From Chloroflexus sp. (GTDB taxonomy: Bacteria > Chloroflexota > Chloroflexia > Chloroflexales > Chloroflexaceae), in the NCBI RefSeq assembly GCF_049970315.1, contig NZ_JBMFNE010000014.1, forward strand, positions 18,529-82,528: a stretch of 64,000 nt of DNA, read 5' to 3'. This document shows positions 57,689 to 64,000 of this stretch, piece by piece. Position 1 is the first letter of the stretch; each line of letters begins with the position of its first letter. Both the position numbers and the translations under genes were made by a program. A model generated the notes under the pieces. It made no database searches. It had not been told where the DNA came from and saw only the letters and a list, made by a program, of their open reading frames with translations.

Positions 57689-57746
57689 ATATTGAGAAAT
57701 TCCCAGCCGCTCGTTTGCGCGGCATGGGCAGCGTAGAGGCAGTAGG

Positions 57747-58220
57747 ATGACAGAGAAGCCGACATACCTGACTCGTGAAGGCCGCGCCCGCCTTGAAGCC
57801 GAGCTTGAGCACCTTATGACGGTGGAGCGCAAGCAAATCGCCGAGCGGATTGCTGCGGCGAAAGAATTGGGCGACATTTCTGAGAGCGGTGAATACGAAG
57901 ACGCTAAAAAGGCCCAAGCGTTGCTCGAAGGCCGAATCCGTGAGCTGAAGCACCTGCTCTCACGCGCTGAAATTATTGATGAAGATCAGGCAAGTACAGG
58001 CGAAGTACGCATCGGCTCTTCGGTAACGGTACGCTTTGAAGATGATGGTTCAGAAGAGACGTGGACAATCGTCGGCAGCGCCGAGGCTAATCCCCGTCAA
58101 GGTCGTATCTCAAATGAATCGCCGATTGGCGCTGCTCTGCTGGGCAAACGGGCCCGCAATAAGGTCACGGTGCATACTCCCTCTGGGGTGATGAAGTTGA
58201 CAATCCTTAAAGTGCGTTAG
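57747..58220 (+). CDS. greA: Transcription elongation factor GreA
   Basis: [40 protein letters not shown]. Confidence 0.95.
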   Translation: MTEKPTYLTREGRARLEAELEHLMTVERKQIAERIAAAKELGDISESGEYEDAKKAQALLEGRIRELKHLLSRAEIIDEDQASTGEVRIGSSVTVRFEDDGSEETWTIVGSAEANPRQGRISNESPIGAALLGKRARNKVTVHTPSGVMKLTILKVR

Positions 58221-58251
58221 GGCTCGTGTGCGCAACGTCATCGAGGTAAAC

Positions 58252-58279
58252 AAGGGGCGGTTTTCGCCCCTTTCTGTTT
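58252..58279 (+). terminator. Intrinsic terminator after greA
   Basis: AAGGGGCG-GTTTT-CGCCCCTT followed by TCTGTTT. Confidence 0.65.
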
Positions 58280-58383
58280 GGTTGTGTCCCCTTTTTCGGC
58301 AGTGTTGCTTTTTCCGTTATAATGAAAGCAACTACACCGGCACGATAGGAATATGCCGGTACAAGCAATGCAAGATGTTGGTT

Positions 58384-59865
58384 ATGGAATTAAACGACCT
58401 ACAAGCCCAACGCGCTGCCAAACTCGAACAATTGCGCGCTGCCGGTCTCGATCCATACCCCCCACGTTGCCGGCGTAGCCATACTATCGGTCAGGTACTC
58501 GCTGCGTTTGATGAACTTGCCGCTGGTGAAGCCGTCGTAACCCTCGCCGGGCGGATTATCGGCGCGCGCCGCGTGATGGGTAAAATTGCGTTTGCCCATA
58601 TCGAAGACGGTACCGGTGAAATTCAGCTCTGGCTGAGCCGAGCCGATCTCGGTGATGAGTGGTTTGAGCGCTTTCGCGACCAGATCGATACGTTCGATAT
58701 TGTCCAAGCAACCGGTACCCTCCGTCGCACCAAGACCGGTGAGCGTTCGTTATTCGTGCGCGAGATGGCCGTGTTGGCTAAGGCGATTAATCCGCCACCG
58801 GAAAAGTGGGCCGGTCTGCAAGATGTTGAAGAGCGCCATCGTCAACGTTACCTCGACCTGATCGTCAACCGCGAGCGACGCGATATTTTTCGTGCCCGTG
58901 CGCAGGTGATTAGCACGATGCGGCGCGTGCTTGACGATCGTGGCTTTCTTGAGGTCGAGACGCCGGTTTTGCAACCGATCTACGGTGGTGCTGCTGCGCG
59001 TCCGTTTATTACGTACCATAATGCACTTGGTCAGAATCTCTATCTCCGGATCGCCACGGAACTCTACCTCAAGCGGTTGATCGTCGGTGGTTTTCCCGGC
59101 GTGTATGAGATCGGTAAAAACTTTCGTAACGAAGGTGTTGATCGATCCCACAACCCTGAGTTTACGATGATGGAGTGTTATCAGGCGTATGCCGATTATC
59201 ACGCTATGATGACCCTCGTCGAAGAGATGGTGGGTGAGATTTGTCTCGCCGTTCACGGCACGACAACGGTTAGCTACCAGGGACGCGAACTTGATGTTCG
59301 CCCGCCATGGCCACGGATCGCAATGGCTGATGCGATTGTTGAGCATACTGGTATCGATATTACCCGGCATACCGATCTGGATTCGTTGCATGCCGCGATT
59401 GCCGATCGTGGTCTGCGGGTTGATCGAAAAACGTCATGGGCTAAACAGGTTGATGAACTCTTCTCGGAGTTTGTTCAGCCCCATCTTTTCCGGCCTACGT
59501 TTATCATCGATTATCCGGTGGCAATGTCGCCGCTGGCTAAGCGGATTCCCGGTCGGCCCGATTTCGCCGAACGCTTCGAGGCGTTTATCGCTGGAATGGA
59601 GATCGGGAATGCATTTACCGAGCTTAACGATCCCTTTGATCAGGAAGAGCGTTTCCGTGAACAGTTACGGGCGTTTGCGGCCGGTGATGAAGAAGCACAT
59701 CAGATGGACGAAGATTTTATCAATGCACTACGCTATGGGATGCCACCAACCGGTGGTCTTGGTATCGGGATCGATCGATTGGTGATGGTTCTCACCGACC
59801 AAGCATCCATCCGTGAAGTGATCCTCTTCCCGCATCTACGGGAACGGTTGGAAGGACGGGGATAA
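58384..59865 (+). CDS. lysS: Lysyl-tRNA synthetase, class II
   Basis: OB fold (MGKIAFAHI), RQRYLD, FLEVETP, FRNEG...[21 protein letters not shown]. Confidence 0.96.
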   Translation: MELNDLQAQRAAKLEQLRAAGLDPYPPRCRRSHTIGQVLAAFDELAAGEAVVTLAGRIIGARRVMGKIAFAHIEDGTGEIQLWLSRADLGDEWFERFRDQIDTFDIVQATGTLRRTKTGERSLFVREMAVLAKAINPPPEKWAGLQDVEERHRQRYLDLIVNRERRDIFRARAQVISTMRRVLDDRGFLEVETPVLQPIYGGAAARPFITYHNALGQNLYLRIATELYLKRLIVGGFPGVYEIGKNFRNEGVDRSHNPEFTMMECYQAYADYHAMMTLVEEMVGEICLAVHGTTTVSYQGRELDVRPPWPRIAMADAIVEHTGIDITRHTDLDSLHAAIADRGLRVDRKTSWAKQVDELFSEFVQPHLFRPTFIIDYPVAMSPLAKRIPGRPDFAERFEAFIAGMEIGNAFTELNDPFDQEERFREQLRAFAAGDEEAHQMDEDFINALRYGMPPTGGLGIGIDRLVMVLTDQASIREVILFPHLRERLEGRG

Positions 59866-59925
59866 CCCCACGCTGGTTTGCAATCTATGCGGTGCTGGCA
59901 AACCGTACCCAGAAAGGAGGCACCT

Positions 59926-60141
59926 ATGCCCCGCTCGTTTACGGTCGAGCGTGAGAGTTTGCCGGCGGTTGTGCAACGCTGGATCGAGGCAATTGGTCTT
60001 GGGAATGAAGAGGTGATCGAGTTAGTCTTTACCGAGCGTGAATTGTTGATCCGCCGGCCGATGAGTCCTCATCTACGCGCATGGGCCGAAACGATGTGCG
60101 ATCAGTACGACCGGGCGTTTCGTCAGATCATTGGGATTTGA
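59926..60141 (+). CDS. AbrB/MazE-like small protein, putative antitoxin
   Basis: LP...IGLG..EVIEL......LLIRRP swapped-hairpin pattern plus a C-terminal helix. RBS AGGAGG. Overlaps the doc-like gene. Confidence 0.6.
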   Translation: MPRSFTVERESLPAVVQRWIEAIGLGNEEVIELVFTERELLIRRPMSPHLRAWAETMCDQYDRAFRQIIGI

Positions 60142-60586
60142 GCCTATGGTTCCGGTAGAGTGCTGGCGTATGTTGGACGAAGATGCAACTCCGATCACCT
60201 ACCTTTCGCCTGATGAACTGCTCGATTTGCACACATTCGTGATCGAGCGCTACGGTGGTTTGTTCGGTATCAAAAGCCAAGATCGCTTGCAAATGGCACT
60301 GCAAGCACCACGCCAGATTCTCTTCGGTTCAGAACTGTATCCCGATCTGTGCAGTAAGGCGGCTGTGCTTACCTTCATGATTGTCAAGCACCATCCGTTT
60401 AATTTTGCCAATGAGGCAACGGCGTTTTTCGCGTTGTTACGGTTCCTCGCTATTAATGGCGCCAGTTTACGGCCTGAAGTTGGCCCAGATGAAATTGAGT
60501 GGGTCTTTCGTGCCTTAAGCCATGGTGATATGGATCGAGAAGAGCTTGAGCGCTGGCTGCGCGAGAATGTGGAAATGGTGTCATGA
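60131..60586 (+). CDS. Fic/Doc family protein with degenerate catalytic motif
   Basis: LLDLH...YGG..GIK...L..AL.APRQ..FG.ELYPDL..KAA......KHHPF. Start is uncertain (60131, 60146 or 60170). Confidence 0.78.
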   Translation: MGFEPMVPVECWRMLDEDATPITYLSPDELLDLHTFVIERYGGLFGIKSQDRLQMALQAPRQILFGSELYPDLCSKAAVLTFMIVKHHPFNFANEATAFFALLRFLAINGASLRPEVGPDEIEWVFRALSHGDMDREELERWLRENVEMVS

Positions 60587-61548
60587 CACGGGTGTTGATT
60601 AACGGCGCGACCGGGGCGTTGAGTGTGCGGTCGGCCCAGTTGCTAAGCCAAACCCACGAGGTGATCGTGCTCGGTACACAACCTCCGCCTGGGCCGATTG
60701 GCCGCGCCGATTGGCTGGTTGCGCACCTTGATCGCCAGCAGTGGATTGAATTGTTGCGCGCCGAACAGATCGAAACGGTGATCCATTTCGATCTGCTCGG
60801 TTTTGATAGACCGTTACCCGATCACGAGACGACCGTCCAGCACAATGTCATCAGAACGATGCAGTTGCTTGGTGCCTGCCGAGCAGCCGGCGTTCGCCAT
60901 ATTGTTGTGCGTAGTCATGGCTGGATCTACGGGGCGAGTCCGCTGAATCCGTTGTTCATTACCGAAGATCGTCCGATCACGATCCAACATCGTCACGGCG
61001 TGTTGCGCACGTTGGGCGAAATAGAGCAGGTTGTTGCCGATTTTGCTGCACATCATCCCCACATAACGGTGACACTACTGCGTTATGTGCCATTACTCCT
61101 ACACGACACGCCCCTCATGCGGTATCTCAATGCACCTTCACCGCCAATGCTGTTTGGATTTGACCCGATGATCCAGTTGCTGCACGTTGATGATGCTGCT
61201 CGTGCTGTGCTCGCGGTAGTTGATCGACCGACCGGCGGTGCGTTTAATATTGCTCCTGAACAGCCGATGCCGCTCAGTCAAGTCATTCGTCGGCTCGGTA
61301 AGCAGCCGTCATCGGTGGTCGGGCCATTGTTTGACAACCAACCGCCGACTGGATGGCCGTTCGATACCGATTTCTTGCGTTACCGCTGTACTATCGATCC
61401 CCAGCGCGCCTGTCGCTTATTAGGCTGGTCGGTGCAGTACGAAATGGTTACTGCCCTCGATTCGCTTATGCCGCGCTCACCGGAAGCGGAGCGGGCAGCA
61501 GCCGCGCAGGCACTGAAGGAGTTTTTACAGCGCAGGAGGCGTACGTAA
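60583..61548 (+). CDS. NAD-dependent epimerase/dehydratase (atypical SDR)
   Basis: RVLINGATG, NVIRTMQLLGAC, YGA, ITED, QLLHVDDAARA, GAFNIA. Confidence 0.78.
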   Translation: MTRVLINGATGALSVRSAQLLSQTHEVIVLGTQPPPGPIGRADWLVAHLDRQQWIELLRAEQIETVIHFDLLGFDRPLPDHETTVQHNVIRTMQLLGACRAAGVRHIVVRSHGWIYGASPLNPLFITEDRPITIQHRHGVLRTLGEIEQVVADFAAHHPHITVTLLRYVPLLLHDTPLMRYLNAPSPPMLFGFDPMIQLLHVDDAARAVLAVVDRPTGGAFNIAPEQPMPLSQVIRRLGKQPSSVVGPLFDNQPPTGWPFDTDFLRYRCTIDPQRACRLLGWSVQYEMVTALDSLMPRSPEAERAAAAQALKEFLQRRRRT

Positions 61549-62840
61549 TGAATGAAGATTATCAGGAGTCGGCTTTTGCGGAATCAGAGGTGCGTCGCCC
61601 TCGTCGACGTGGGCGGACTAAAGCAGTTCCAGTAGAGATTGAATCAGAAGTACCTGCACCTGCGGTTGCTTCACCCGATCATACGGCAAGCGTTGAAGAG
61701 GCTGCCGATTATCGAGAAGCGACCGATCCGCCGTCGGCGGTATCGGTTGAGTGGGAATCGCCGCAACCATCAGGCTCAACTGCCGAACAACTCTTCGAGG
61801 TCGAAATCGACATTCGTCAACACAGCGAGCAACAAACCGGTCCGCAAGCTGCATTGGGTAATTTTGCCGCCGGCGTAGTGCGCCTCATCGGCGAAAATCT
61901 GCAACGTATGACCGCAGCGCAAATCGAGCGCGTGAATAGCATGTTGCAAGATGTCGATCTGCGTGATTATCTTGATCCCGATTTCTGGCGTGGAATTGGA
62001 ATGGTCTTGCGTTACCAGATCGATGAACAGGTGCAATTTATTCAACGCCGATTGCGCGGTGATTACACGACCGATCCGTTCGGCATGGATCGCGATATTA
62101 TCGAAGTGGCGCGCCCCTTCCTTACCTTTATGTACCGCACTTGGTGGCGCGTAACCACGACGGGTCTAGAGCATGTGCCGTCTGAAGGTCGTGCGTTACT
62201 GGTGGCAAATCATAGCGGAGTACTACCGTGGGATGGGGCGATGATCGCTACCGCAGTGGCTAATGACCATCCGGCCCAAAATGAGCGGATCGTTCGCTCA
62301 CTCCATCTCCACTGGTTCACCACATTACCGGTGATTGCACCGACACTCGCTGCTTTAGGGCAGGTTCCGGGTATTCCCGAAAATGCCATTCGCCTCCTCG
62401 AACGTGATGAGCTGGTATGCGTTTTCCCGGAAGGTCTGAAAGGGGTAGGAAAGCTGTTTAAAGATCGTTACAAACTGGCTCGGTTTGGACGTGGTGGGTT
62501 TGTGCAAGCTGCCCTCCGCACTCAAGCACCGATTGTGCCGGTGGCCGTTGTCGGTGCCGAAGAGATCTATCCGATGTTGGCAAATGCGGAAGGGATCGCG
62601 AAACTATTCGGCTTTCCCTACTTTCCGTTGACACCCTTCTTTCCTTGGTTTGGGTTGCTTGGTGTTATTCCTTTACCGACACATTGGTATATTACGTTTT
62701 GTCCGCCGATTGATACCGGTGTGTACGGACCCGACGCCGCCGATGATCCGATTACTGTACTTGCCCTATCAGAGCAGGTACGCGAGACAATCCAAGCGAC
62801 CATTAATCAGAAGCTAACCGAACGTCCATCAGTGTTTTAG
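61548..62840 (+). CDS. Lysophospholipid/glycerol acyltransferase with acidic N-terminal extension
   Basis: LLVANHSG...D, FPEG.KG, FGRGGFV, APIVPVAVVGAEE. TAATG overlap with the epimerase. Confidence 0.82.
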   Translation: MNEDYQESAFAESEVRRPRRRGRTKAVPVEIESEVPAPAVASPDHTASVEEAADYREATDPPSAVSVEWESPQPSGSTAEQLFEVEIDIRQHSEQQTGPQAALGNFAAGVVRLIGENLQRMTAAQIERVNSMLQDVDLRDYLDPDFWRGIGMVLRYQIDEQVQFIQRRLRGDYTTDPFGMDRDIIEVARPFLTFMYRTWWRVTTTGLEHVPSEGRALLVANHSGVLPWDGAMIATAVANDHPAQNERIVRSLHLHWFTTLPVIAPTLAALGQVPGIPENAIRLLERDELVCVFPEGLKGVGKLFKDRYKLARFGRGGFVQAALRTQAPIVPVAVVGAEEIYPMLANAEGIAKLFGFPYFPLTPFFPWFGLLGVIPLPTHWYITFCPPIDTGVYGPDAADDPITVLALSEQVRETIQATINQKLTERPSVF

Positions 62841-62856
62841 TTAGAATGAGAGGCGT

Positions 62857-63600
62857 TCATTCCTCAGCTGAACCCGGCTGAATCTCTTGTGGTGTCTCGA
62901 TCCAACCACGCCGAAGGGCAAAAATAACGGCTTGGGTCCGGTCGTTCAGTGACAATTTGCGCAAGATCGACGAAATGTGGTTTTTCACCGTTTGAGTGCT
63001 GATGCCGAGGGCATCGGCAATTTCTTTGTTACTACTACCGGCGGCAATCCGCTCAAGGACCTCAATCTCGCGTTCACTGAGCGGGGTAAAAATCGGCATG
63101 CCAAGCTCGCCGGACAGCGTTTGTACTTCAGGTAAGCTGCGGAACTGCGAAAGGATACGACCGGCAATGCGCGGTTCCTCCAGCAGTACATCGTTGATTA
63201 CGTACTCGCCACGTGCGACCCGACGAATGATGTCGGCCAGTGCTGCCGGTTTAATGTCTTTTGAGCGATACGCGGCTGCTCCCGCACGTAGTGCATTGAA
63301 CGCCGCCTCGTCATTTTCGTGCATGCTGAGCATAACAACTGCAATACTCGCATATTGCCGGCGAATCTGACGGGTCAGTTCGAGACCGCTCATACCGGGT
63401 AAGTTCAGATCAACCAATACCACATTCGGTTCGAGGCTCGGATCGACTTGAGCTAACCAGCGTAATGCTTCTTCACCGTTGGCAGTTTCGCCCACGATCT
63501 GAATAGCCGGTTCGTACGAAAGCGCCCAGCGCACGCCTTGTCGAAAGAGCGGATGGTCATCGACGATCAACAGTTTCGCAACTACGGTTGAGTTGGCCAT
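62857..63600 (-). CDS. NarL/LuxR family response regulator
   Basis: IVDDHPLFRQG, VDLNLPGMSG, LSEREIEVL...NKEIA...TVKNHISSILRKL. Confidence 0.92.
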   Translation of the reverse strand: MANSTVVAKLLIVDDHPLFRQGVRWALSYEPAIQIVGETANGEEALRWLAQVDPSLEPNVVLVDLNLPGMSGLELTRQIRRQYASIAVVMLSMHENDEAAFNALRAGAAAYRSKDIKPAALADIIRRVARGEYVINDVLLEEPRIAGRILSQFRSLPEVQTLSGELGMPIFTPLSEREIEVLERIAAGSSNKEIADALGISTQTVKNHISSILRKLSLNDRTQAVIFALRRGWIETPQEIQPGSAEE

Positions 63601-64000
63601 GGCGCCGGTTCCTTTCCCTGACTGCACAACCATGTCGCATATGCCTGTATCGGATCAACGGGTGGGGTAATGCCGGCAGTTCGGAGCAAACGGGCTACCG
63701 CCAGGAGGGGGAATCCTACGACATTCGTGTAGCTCCCTTCGATAGATGCGATCAGAGCTGCACCACCACTCTGCAAGCCATATCCCCCCGCCTTATCAAG
63801 CGACTCACCCAAGGCGACATACGCAGCGATCTCCTCATCGCTCAGCGAACGGAATCGTACTCGGCTGGCAACCAGATCGAACAATGCTCGCCGTCTCTCA
63901 TAGACGATTCCATCAACACCAAATGTGAGCGGCATAAGCAAACATAACCCGGTGAGTACCGTATGTGTTCGCCCGGCCAAGCGGCGGATCATCGCACGGG
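63582..64000 (-). CDS. maf: Maf/YhdE nucleoside-triphosphate pyrophosphatase, 5' end outside the window
   Basis: HTVLTG, EEIAAYVA.GESLDKAGGYGLQ, IEGSYTNVVGFP. Confidence 0.85.
   Translation of the reverse strand, partial: RAMIRRLAGRTHTVLTGLCLLMPLTFGVDGIVYERRRALFDLVASRVRFRSLSDEEIAAYVALGESLDKAGGYGLQSGGAALIASIEGSYTNVVGFPLLAVARLLRTAGITPPVDPIQAYATWLCSQGKEPAPWPTQP

Overview
Core-chromosome window of a moderately GC-rich bacterium. A Chloroflexus-like member of the Chloroflexota is my inference from protein families and style, not a database result. Housekeeping genes include hpf, trpC, comM, rsgA, gyrA, cdaA/cdaR, argF, a dnaD/dnaC-like pair, uvrA, potABCD, ftsK, greA, lysS and a partial maf. Accessory parts are an AT-rich glycosylation/surface-protein island (about 3.9-10.5 kb), an orphan ECF sigma gene followed by a REP-like palindrome array, an intergenic VNTR, and a decayed Eco29kI-type restriction-modification remnant. 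I found no tRNA, rRNA, transposase, integrase or true CRISPR array. The strongest signals are non-coding or catalytic-motif anomalies. (1) A mirror-symmetric bidirectional Crp/Fnr class II promoter drives an NnrS-like gene one way and a NosD-like plus cupin pair the other way. (2) A leader peptide with alternative hairpins and a terminator precedes the rsgA operon. (3) hpf and greA have terminator-containing leaders. (4) An anti-SD switch precedes potA. (5) CdaA carries DMA instead of DGA and is coupled to a 1087-aa TPR gene. (6) The ArgJ and Doc homologues have degenerate active sites. (7) A V4R-like gene is broken by a 4-bp duplication. Start sites and promoters are predictions from sequence only.
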